A stretch of 64,000 nucleotides of DNA from Candidatus Enterousia sp. (GTDB lineage Bacteria > Pseudomonadota > Alphaproteobacteria > Rs-D84): positions 3,471 to 67,470 of the forward strand of contig JAZNVR010000020.1 of NCBI GenBank assembly GCA_045592905.1, written 5' to 3'. Of this stretch, positions 50,004 to 57,671 are shown one piece after another. The notes under the pieces are model-generated. The model made no database searches, was not told where the DNA came from, and was given only the letters and a program-made list of their open reading frames with translations. Position 1 is the first letter of the stretch. Every line of letters starts with the position of its first letter. The translations under genes and the position numbers were made by a program.

Positions 50004-50831
50004 TTATGCAGATTGTGTATCAGAACATTTAACACGTACGATACCATCACCATCAATTAAAACCGCACCCTGGGACATGCTGTTGCTGATAAAGTGTGCA
50101 GCACGTTCACCATGCCAAGAAATATCTGTTTTAACTTCTTGACCGCATGCATGACCGATACTGGATGCATGATAAATAAAGCAGTCACGATTTGTTTCAG
50201 ACACAGGCAAACCATTATACAGAACCCATGTAATTCCCAACCATTTGCGTGCTTCACAACCATTGATTAATGGTGTTTCACTGCCAACATAATCTGCGGA
50301 AACAAATTCATCCATTGACAATAATTCATTCCACTGATGAACACCAACAACAGCAAAGCGACGGCCATCATCTGGCACATCATTTGTGTTTAATACTTCA
50401 ACAGCAGACAATATTAAATCTTTGGTTAATCCAGTTGTATAATCACCAACATTTGCTGTTGCAGTATTCATTGCAGCAACAATTAATTCATCTGTTTTGC
50501 GTCCCAATGCGTATGCACCAGCAGAAGCCACAACACGACGTTCATCAACATTTGTTTTTAATTCATCCAATGCATCAACCCAATCACCTGCGTAATAATC
50601 TTGCAGCAAGCATTCCACAGGTTCATGATTTAAATTCATAACAGGCACAATACCATGACGTGATTTTGTACTGGCGGTGCCACGACCTACTTTTTGGAAC
50701 GTAGTAGATGCACCAACGACGCCAGATTTACTGCGAACAGTTGAACGCAACTTTGTTCCCATTTGTTGATATGCCAAATGCACATCAGCTTCAAATTGTT
50801 TTACAAAAACATTATCTATTGAAATAGACAT
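50004..50831 (-). CDS. Major capsid protein (podovirus type)
   Basis: FVKQFEADVHLAYQ..G.KLR.TV, F.KVG, D.LDELK, A.ALGRK.DE.I, DVPDDG.R. Confidence 0.88.
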   Translation of the reverse strand: MSISIDNVFVKQFEADVHLAYQQMGTKLRSTVRSKSGVVGASTTFQKVGRGTASTKSRHGIVPVMNLNHEPVECLLQDYYAGDWVDALDELKTNVDERRVVASAGAYALGRKTDELIVAAMNTATANVGDYTTGLTKDLILSAVEVLNTNDVPDDGRRFAVVGVHQWNELLSMDEFVSADYVGSETPLINGCEARKWLGITWVLYNGLPVSETNRDCFIYHASSIGHACGQEVKTDISWHGERAAHFISNSMSQGAVLIDGDGIVRVKCSDTQSA

Positions 50832-50844
50832 ACAAAAATCCTTT

Positions 50845-51058
50845 TGTTAAAAATTAATTTTACTTATCAGATTTTGTGTTTTGGTTATGCAAATAATGCG
50901 CCAGAAAACAAAAATATTTGGGTCTGCGAAATGCAGATTATCCATAAAAAATATCAGTTAGACTGTGCACAAAATCTAACTGATACTTTTATAAAAAAAA
51001 GGATCTGTGTTTTACCACAGACCCTATAAAGACAAAAACCCCACTATCGCAGGGAATT
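50845..51058 (-). terminator. Series of three terminator-like hairpins upstream of the capsid gene
   Basis: ccctgc-gata-gtgggg+U5; gggtctgtg-gtaaaa-cacagatcc+U8; tatcagttaga..tctaactgata+U6. Confidence 0.65.
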
Positions 51059-51060
51059 TA

Positions 51061-51354
51061 TTATTTCTTTTTTGCACATGCTTTTTTTGCAACTGGTTTT
51101 GCAGCCACTTTTTTAACAGGTGCTTTTTTTGCAACTGGTTTTGCAGCTGGTTTTTTTGCAGGTGCTTTTTTTGCAACTGGTTTTGCAGCCACTTTTTTTG
51201 CAGGTGCTTTTTTTGCAACTGGTTTTGCAGCTGGTTTTTTTGCAGGTGCTTTTTTTCCAACTGGTTTTGCAGCCGCTTTTTTTGCAGGTGCTTTTTTTGC
51301 AGCTGGTTTTGCAGCTGGTTTTTCTGCTACTTTTTTCTTAAAAAAGAAACGCAT
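51061..51354 (-). CDS. Histone H1-like K/A/P-rich DNA-binding protein
   Basis: AGGAG RBS; KKAPAKK(P/V)AAKPVA repeats; own TTTACT-17-TAAAAT promoter. Confidence 0.8.
   Translation of the reverse strand: MRFFFKKKVAEKPAAKPAAKKAPAKKAAAKPVGKKAPAKKPAAKPVAKKAPAKKVAAKPVAKKAPAKKPAAKPVAKKAPVKKVAAKPVAKKACAKKK
51080..51330 (-). repeat. Imperfect ~42-bp coding tandem repeat in the H1-like gene
   Basis: Repeated tttttgcaactggttttgcagc...ttttttgcaggtgc. Confidence 0.85.
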
Positions 51355-51464
51355 TTCTTCTCTCCTATTTTGTTTGAAGATAGAACAAACTTTTTTTGTT
51401 CTTGTTTTATATTTTATATTAAACATAAAATTTAGTAAAGAAGAAAAGTAAAAAAATCATATAT

Positions 51465-52121
51465 TTATGAATATAATTTTTTGAAACCATTTTCAATTTT
51501 TCTGATATATTCTGTATCATTATCACGCCAATATTTTGGATCACGCATCATGCGTCTTAAATCATCATCTGTTAAATTTTGTGTTTCATTTTTATCTGTT
51601 TTTACATTTGGTTCCATAGATTGCATCATCTTATACACGCTTTGTATTCCCTGGGGTGTAGAGCACAGTTCATTAAATGCATCATGTGGTAAAAATTTTT
51701 CACCGAATGCATTAATTGCATTTAATGCGTCCTTCATTTTTTCTGTTCCGCCAAAGAAATTTTTCAATTCATTTATTGCACCTGTTTCATTTTTCACAGA
51801 AAACAAATCAGATATAACTGGCGACAAAAAATTATTTGCGATGTCATAAATTTTTTCTACTTGTGATTTTGTTAATCCGATTTTCAAGAATTGTTCACGC
51901 AGATTTTCATCATCATACAAATCATTTTTTGGATAATCATCTGCACAATCTGGCACACCGATTGCCCGATTAAATTTTCTTTTTGCATCATCATCTGAAT
52001 TTTCTGTTGGCACAGAAATCATTGTTCCGATTTTTTTCTCTAATTCAGTATATGATTTTATCAAAGAATCAGAATTTAACGTACCATCTTCATTCAGAAA
52101 TTTTTCTGGTATATTATCCAT
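51465..52121 (-). CDS. Capsid assembly scaffolding protein (T7 gp9-like)
   Basis: IPEKF...DG......L.KSY.ELEKK; GVP...DDY; C-terminal LRRMMRDPKYWRD....I..I..GF.KLY. Confidence 0.8.
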   Translation of the reverse strand: MDNIPEKFLNEDGTLNSDSLIKSYTELEKKIGTMISVPTENSDDDAKRKFNRAIGVPDCADDYPKNDLYDDENLREQFLKIGLTKSQVEKIYDIANNFLSPVISDLFSVKNETGAINELKNFFGGTEKMKDALNAINAFGEKFLPHDAFNELCSTPQGIQSVYKMMQSMEPNVKTDKNETQNLTDDDLRRMMRDPKYWRDNDTEYIRKIENGFKKLYS

Positions 52122-52311
52122 TGTTTTTTCCTTTTGTTTCATTTGATTTACGCAAGAAATAAATCCCCCCCAATGTAAAGACTGTTTGCAACATAGTAAA
52201 CACATCTGTATCACCAACCAAGTACGCTGCCACAGCAGAAAGTATCCCTGTTCCAGAAATTATATACGTACGATATCCGGTCAGATATCCGCCCTTGAAA
52301 AACTTTTGCAT
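52114..52311 (-). CDS. Holin-like small 2-TM protein
   Basis: L.GYRTYII....ILSAVAAYLVG...TLGGIYFLR plus basic tail. Confidence 0.6.
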   Translation of the reverse strand: MQKFFKGGYLTGYRTYIISGTGILSAVAAYLVGDTDVFTMLQTVFTLGGIYFLRKSNETKGKNNG

Positions 52312-52331
52312 TAAAACACCTTTTTTAAGTA

Positions 52332-52742
52332 TTACAGATAGAACAGAAAACCATCTATATCTGCGATATATCCACGTGCGATGGCCCATTGTGGCATAGT
52401 ATCAGCCGCATGAAATTTTATTGCACCCCGACATGCATCATCCAGTCCCCCCATTAACATACGCTGTGCGACACGCACGCACATTTGGAATTTACGGTTA
52501 TTCGCATTCACATTTAATTTTTGATATTTATCTGATGTTACATTCAGTGCATCAAACACAGATTTATCTGTAATAACATCTGCGATGGCCCGACCTGATT
52601 TATCTGAAATATTTTTTATCATAGAAGTCATTGCTTCCACCAGTGTCAGCGATATTGCATCTGTTTGTGCGTATACGACACGTGCGACTTTATATGCCAG
52701 TGATGCGGACACATCTGGATTTTTTATTATTGTTAATTGCAT
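52332..52742 (-). CDS. SleB/Hydrolase_2-like cell-wall hydrolase, apparently degenerate
   Basis: ARVVYAQT (canonical ART.YxEA), D...GA.KFHA...P.WA......IDGFLFY. Confidence 0.7.
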   Translation of the reverse strand: MQLTIIKNPDVSASLAYKVARVVYAQTDAISLTLVEAMTSMIKNISDKSGRAIADVITDKSVFDALNVTSDKYQKLNVNANNRKFQMCVRVAQRMLMGGLDDACRGAIKFHAADTMPQWAIARGYIADIDGFLFYL

Positions 52743-52762
52743 ATCTTTAATTGCCTTTTGGT

Positions 52763-52874
52763 AAAAAAAGTCCCTGTGCGGACACACAGGGAATAAAAAA
52801 ACCACACATATCGTGTGGGCACAATCTGTACTGTTTATGTGCAATATAGTATCATATTTTTCATTAAAAGTCAA
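52763..52874 (-). promoter_or_regulatory. Virion operon promoter followed by a two-terminator leader
   Basis: TTGACT-17-TACTAT; ccacac-gatat-gtgtgg+U7; tccctgtg-tgtccg-cacaggga-c-U7. Confidence 0.75.
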
Positions 52875-52908
52875 GACATTATTTTATAACGCCCGAAAAT
52901 CCGGGGTT

Positions 52909-53589
52909 TTACAGACTTATTTCATCGCCATACACCAGTAAATATCGTGTATCACGTCGCAGAACCAGCGCACCATTTTCGTTTATTCCGACCAATTGTG
53001 CGATTTCCCCCTGATATTTAACAGGTTTATTAATACATACGGCCAATTCTGTCCATTTATCACGCACAGCCCTAAAATCTGCATTACGCCATTTATTTAT
53101 ATTACGCATCAGTCTGTTCAGTAATTCTGTCAGTGGTGTTTCTGCATAATTATCCAACTTGGTTGTTTTATACTTATCAACAGTTGGGTTTGTATTTACA
53201 TTTATACCGATTCCGACGACGACGAACCGTCCAGTATATTCAATCAAGATTCCTGCGATTTTTTTACCATCCACCAGAATATCATTTGGCCATTTTATTT
53301 CAGGATGTGCCCCAAATGATGCGATTGATTCAGCCACTGCCACCGCCACAGCATACGACAAACGTGGATCACGTTCTGGGGATTCAAAGATAAAACTGAC
53401 ATATAAATTACCATGGTGCGACACCCAGTTTCTGCGATATCTGCCCCGACCGGCCGACTGTGCAGCGGCCAGCACCACTGTTTTATCAGTTGCCCGCCCT
53501 GCATTAATTAATTCGTGTGCATAGTCCTGGGTACTGGGGATTTTATCAAACGATATTAATTTATAATTTGCCAATTTTGTACACCCCAT
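52909..53589 (-). CDS. birA: Biotin--protein ligase (no HTH)
   Basis: STQD, QSAGRGR..RNW.S..GNLY, IKWPNDI..GKKIAGILIE, GIGIN. Confidence 0.93.
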   Translation of the reverse strand: MGCTKLANYKLISFDKIPSTQDYAHELINAGRATDKTVVLAAAQSAGRGRYRRNWVSHHGNLYVSFIFESPERDPRLSYAVAVAVAESIASFGAHPEIKWPNDILVDGKKIAGILIEYTGRFVVVGIGINVNTNPTVDKYKTTKLDNYAETPLTELLNRLMRNINKWRNADFRAVRDKWTELAVCINKPVKYQGEIAQLVGINENGALVLRRDTRYLLVYGDEISL

Positions 53590-53980
53590 TATTATTTATG
53601 ATAAATTCCCGTCCGTACACACGACGTAATCCAGATATAGCGGTATCAACCACATGTGTTGCAACATTTGGTGCGTATCCCAGTGCGTTTTTCAATTCCC
53701 CCAGTGTCATTCCCCCTGATTTATACAGCATTACGATAATTTGTTCCTGGGTTCGTGGCAGCGATATTTTTTCACCAAATATCTGAAATAACAGATTAGT
53801 ATTATCTGTTGCATTCAGTATAATTGTTTTCAGTTCCATTGGGCTGATTATTTTATTTACATTCAGATTATCAAAATTGACATCTGTAACAGACGGCACG
53901 TCCAGCACAGTTGCCCCGAAATCGGCCAATATTTGTTTCCACACAGGATTTGCAGAATATATACGTACACCACTTAACAT
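53561..53980 (-). CDS. Winged-helix protein with OmpR-type C-terminal DNA-binding domain and vestigial N-terminus
   Basis: EL...LGY....THVVDTAISGLRR....I.N.GVY. Confidence 0.65.
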   Translation of the reverse strand: MLSGVRIYSANPVWKQILADFGATVLDVPSVTDVNFDNLNVNKIISPMELKTIILNATDNTNLLFQIFGEKISLPRTQEQIIVMLYKSGGMTLGELKNALGYAPNVATHVVDTAISGLRRVYGREFIINNNGVYKIGKL

Positions 53981-54079
53981 ATATTCAGGTTACACGATAT
54001 CCATATAATTGTCCAACAAAAAACCACAATGGATACATTGTGGTTATGGGTGGGGCATAAAATCCCCGTTGCACAGAAC

Positions 54080-54328
54080 CTATTGTCGTTCATTATCAGG
54101 TGTTGCACCAATAAACTTGGTAAAGTCTTGAATTTTTGCCCCTGTTGACGACAAAATTTTAGAAATACTGTTTGTTGATGGCCATCGTGGTTGACCTTCT
54201 TTGGACCATCTTTTACTTTTATTAAATGTTGTTGGGTCCAGTCCACTGCATTTTGCCAATCCGGAACAAGACATACCATGTTCTGTTGCGAATTTTTCTA
54301 TTGCATGCCAGACATCATCATGTGTCAT
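54080..54328 (-). CDS. Alphaproteobacterial phage-repressor-like HTH protein lacking the usual S24 domain
   Basis: THDDVWHAIEKFA...GMS.SGLAK.SGLDPTTFNKSKR...G.PRWPST.SISK.L; GGGAG RBS. Confidence 0.8.
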   Translation of the reverse strand: MTHDDVWHAIEKFATEHGMSCSGLAKCSGLDPTTFNKSKRWSKEGQPRWPSTNSISKILSSTGAKIQDFTKFIGATPDNERQ

Positions 54329-54529
54329 TTTTTTCTCCCTTCTATTTTTTTTCAACACTAGAATTTATATTTTTTGTCTAATGCACATTGATTTTATTCC
54401 AGAAATCCAAGGCTTACAACAAGTACCATTTCCTAGGAATCAAAGAACAAAACCACCCAACAAAATATACAAAAAAATTTTTTTGACAAAACACTTGACG
54501 AATCGATTTTTGTGTACTATATTTTAATT

Positions 54530-54720
54530 CGTCAAAGGGATAACCCCCTATGATACAGATGGAAACATCTGTGGGGACCAGAGGTTCAGACTCCCTCCTA
54601 CATTCTCTCTCCTCTGGACTCTGGGCCCCAAGATTTTAGTTTAGAGTGTCCAATTTCTTTTTCTCCTTTCCTTCCTTTCGGGACACTCGGAAATACCGCC
54701 GGCGACGGCGGTGTTTTTTT
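54530..54720 (+). ncRNA. Putative sRNA with CU-rich, anti-SD-like loops
   Basis: Promoter TTGACG-17-TATATT; GAAA-tetraloop hairpin, two long stems with CUCC-rich loops, strong terminator accgccg-gcga-cggcggt+U7. Confidence 0.65.
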
Positions 54721-54831
54721 ATACGCCCACATGGTTTTGGACATATTAAACAAAGAATATTTTTTACTTGCCCATACGTATAAAATTTTTCTACACTTTA
54801 CATAACCAGGAAACAAGATTGGGGGGATTGC

Positions 54832-57666
54832 GTGGGCAATACAATAAAATTTTTACGAATCGCAATATCGGCATTTATGCTGATAATCTGTACGCACCCC
54901 GCTTTTTCTGCTTCAGTTGTAACTACATGTTCTACAATTACAGAGGAATCTATATGTATAGAGAGAATGTTATGCAAATGGGACAACGGTGAATGTGTAC
55001 AAAGTACTACAACTAGCCTTGAATTCATAACGTTTAATGCGCATGGTGGCAGTGGTACGATGCTGACACAGAACTTTACTCCTGGTACGACCGTGAAGTT
55101 ATATAAGAACAATTTTGAACGCACTGGCTATACGTTTAAGTACTGGACCACAACAGAAGAGGATAGCGATGGCACCGCATATGGGGACGAGGCAACTGTA
55201 TCCTTAGTATCAAGTATAACATTATATGCCCAGTGGGCACCAAAGGAATCTACGATTACATGGGATCTTAATGGTGGTGAACCAAATAATTGGGACAAAT
55301 GTGAACAAGCTCTGCAAAAAGACCCCAGTTTTACAATAACTAAAACTCCGGGTAATTTTTCTCGGCAGCCTGCAACTTACTCTGTAACGATAACGGCAAA
55401 ATATGATAAGTATCTGCAAAATATACCTAGGGATTGTAAGTTATATAACGCCGGATATACATTTAATGGGATTGGTATACCTGCAGGGATCGTGGGGGTG
55501 ACCCCAGTTTATTATTATGACAAGAATTACGCTGGCACAAAACAATGGGATCGTACGGAAGATACAACACTAAAGGCCTTCTGGGAACCAAATGTTATCC
55601 CTGTAACATTAAATCCCGGTAATTATACATCATTTGTACAAGAAGTATCACCAAAGAAAATAGAATTAAAATATGGTACCGGATGGTATACAGAAGATAC
55701 ATCATCATCACCGGTTTTGCCACCTATAACAAACATAACAAAAATTCCAATTGTTGGTGGAAAATTATTCAATGGGTTTTATTATAACGATACTCAAAAT
55801 GATAAAATTACTCAAATGATTGACAATGCTGGAGAATTTACGGAATCTATGACAGCTACGTCATTTGAATCAGGCGAATATACTTTTAATGCACAGTACA
55901 CTGATTGTGAATGTTCTAAATCAACAGGGGTCAGTTCAACAACACCAACAGGAACAACGACCAAAAACCAATGTATATGTAGTGTACAATGTAGCCGAGG
56001 GTACAGTCAAGACGGCGGAAAAAACACCACGACTACATTTTCTCATACTGGAACTGCTGGTAGCAGTTCTGTTGAAGTAACGTGTCTTCCCCGGGAATAC
56101 ACAATAACATATAATATTGGGGCTGGGAATAATGTCCCAGATCCCCAACCAGTAAAATTTGGTGAAACATTGCCACCCGTTGCTTCCCCAACAAGGGATG
56201 GTTATACATTTACAGGTTTTTATGATAACGATGGAAGACAATATTACAAAGCTAACGGCACCCCAGTGAGCGGACGATTGTGGGATAAAACCAGTGATAC
56301 AACCTTGTATGCCGAGTGGAATGCAATTATGTACAAGGTTGCATTGAACAACCAGGGTGCAACATCCAGCGGAACGACAGCGTTCTTTTATAAATACGAT
56401 ACAGACGACGGCAAATGTAAGTTTTACTTGGACGATCAATTAACACAGTGTGTTACTGCCAACAGCACTCTAATAAGCAAACCAACAAAAACAGGTTATA
56501 CATTTCAAGGCTATTACACCGGAGAAAATGGTAGTGGCACACAATATATAAATAGCAACGGTGTTATTGACGATGATTTGCTGATGGTAATACCCAACAC
56601 TGGCACTGGCCAATTAACCTTGTATGCGAAATGGGAACCAATTCAGATTGAAATTACCTTAAATCCAGAAAAAGTTACGCTTAACGGTAGAACCGGAGTA
56701 TATGTTTATGCACAAAATCCTGTCCCTGTTAAAATAAGAGTAACATACGGAACAGATGGGTTTCAGAAACAGGATACAGAGGATGCTGAATGGACAACCA
56801 TGGAAAAGACACCTAAACAGGTGTACCAACTGACCAAACTACCAATTGTATCTAAACAAATATTCGGCGGATATATGAATATTAAAAGTGTAATGCCAGA
56901 AACACTAATAAATAACAGAGGTGTTTTTACAAATAATTTTACAAGTACAACATTTGAATCTGATGATGATGCAGAACAAAATTTTGTGCCTGCTTTTACA
57001 CCTTGTGAATGTTCTGCATCAACAGGGGTCAGTTCAGTAGAAGTAACAGGAACAACGAACCAAAACCAATGTACGTGTAGGGTAAATTGTCAAGAAGGGT
57101 ACAGTAAAGACAGTGGAGATAACACCACGACTGATTTTGAATATACTGGAACTGCTGGTGTCGCTAAAGTTGAAGTAACGTGTAATCCCCGGAATTACAC
57201 AGTAACATATTCATGTGGTGATGGAGCGACAGGCACACCACCAAACGATTCAACTGCGACATATAACAGTAACTTTGCACCAGCATCTAATACTACCTGT
57301 ACCAAGACAGGATATGTCTTTGCAGGTTGGACAACGACTGATAATGCAGAAAACAGTGTAGAACATACTGCTGGGACAGAGTTCACATGGCAATATACAA
57401 GTGACAAGACGTTTACAGCGAAATGGATGCAATGCGATGCAGGTTGCTACTGCAGTGGGCAGATAACAGTAAACGCAAACAACGAAATATGTACACAGAG
57501 ATGTCCAGACAACTTTACATCTGATGCGGGGGCATCGGCAATAACAGATTGTTATCTGAAATCCGATATTACATTTACGGACAATTATAGAACCACGATT
57601 AAAGTAGGCGATACCAAATATTATTGGTATAAGGATAATCCGACACCGACCCAAACGTCAGAATAA
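54832..57666 (+). CDS. Secreted protein with InlB B-repeat (Listeria-Bacteroides) domains and Cys-rich modules
   Basis: Signal peptide; repeated P.R/KTGYTF.G...TLYAxW; C-terminal CP..FTSDAGA....DCY. Confidence 0.82.
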   Translation: MGNTIKFLRIAISAFMLIICTHPAFSASVVTTCSTITEESICIERMLCKWDNGECVQSTTTSLEFITFNAHGGSGTMLTQNFTPGTTVKLYKNNFERTGYTFKYWTTTEEDSDGTAYGDEATVSLVSSITLYAQWAPKESTITWDLNGGEPNNWDKCEQALQKDPSFTITKTPGNFSRQPATYSVTITAKYDKYLQNIPRDCKLYNAGYTFNGIGIPAGIVGVTPVYYYDKNYAGTKQWDRTEDTTLKAFWEPNVIPVTLNPGNYTSFVQEVSPKKIELKYGTGWYTEDTSSSPVLPPITNITKIPIVGGKLFNGFYYNDTQNDKITQMIDNAGEFTESMTATSFESGEYTFNAQYTDCECSKSTGVSSTTPTGTTTKNQCICSVQCSRGYSQDGGKNTTTTFSHTGTAGSSSVEVTCLPREYTITYNIGAGNNVPDPQPVKFGETLPPVASPTRDGYTFTGFYDNDGRQYYKANGTPVSGRLWDKTSDTTLYAEWNAIMYKVALNNQGATSSGTTAFFYKYDTDDGKCKFYLDDQLTQCVTANSTLISKPTKTGYTFQGYYTGENGSGTQYINSNGVIDDDLLMVIPNTGTGQLTLYAKWEPIQIEITLNPEKVTLNGRTGVYVYAQNPVPVKIRVTYGTDGFQKQDTEDAEWTTMEKTPKQVYQLTKLPIVSKQIFGGYMNIKSVMPETLINNRGVFTNNFTSTTFESDDDAEQNFVPAFTPCECSASTGVSSVEVTGTTNQNQCTCRVNCQEGYSKDSGDNTTTDFEYTGTAGVAKVEVTCNPRNYTVTYSCGDGATGTPPNDSTATYNSNFAPASNTTCTKTGYVFAGWTTTDNAENSVEHTAGTEFTWQYTSDKTFTAKWMQCDAGCYCSGQITVNANNEICTQRCPDNFTSDAGASAITDCYLKSDITFTDNYRTTIKVGDTKYYWYKDNPTPTQTSE

Positions 57667-57671
57667 TAAAA

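Larger units (their letters stand above)
39969..52874 (-). other. Domesticated podovirus-like virion gene module (GTA-like)
   Basis: Co-oriented hydrolase-holin-scaffold-capsid-tail tube A/B-tail fibre-TerL-portal genes, interleaved with host genes, no adjacent integrase or replication genes. Confidence 0.72.

Noticed and set aside
51007-51435. CRISPR array, or the overlapping FFCNW/LQLV/QNQL repeat ORFs
   Set aside because: No unique spacers or cas genes; these ORFs are alternative frames of the H1-like coding repeat
39969-52874. Ordinary intact prophage
   Set aside because: No integrase, att repeats or replication genes seen; host genes are interleaved and TerL is split
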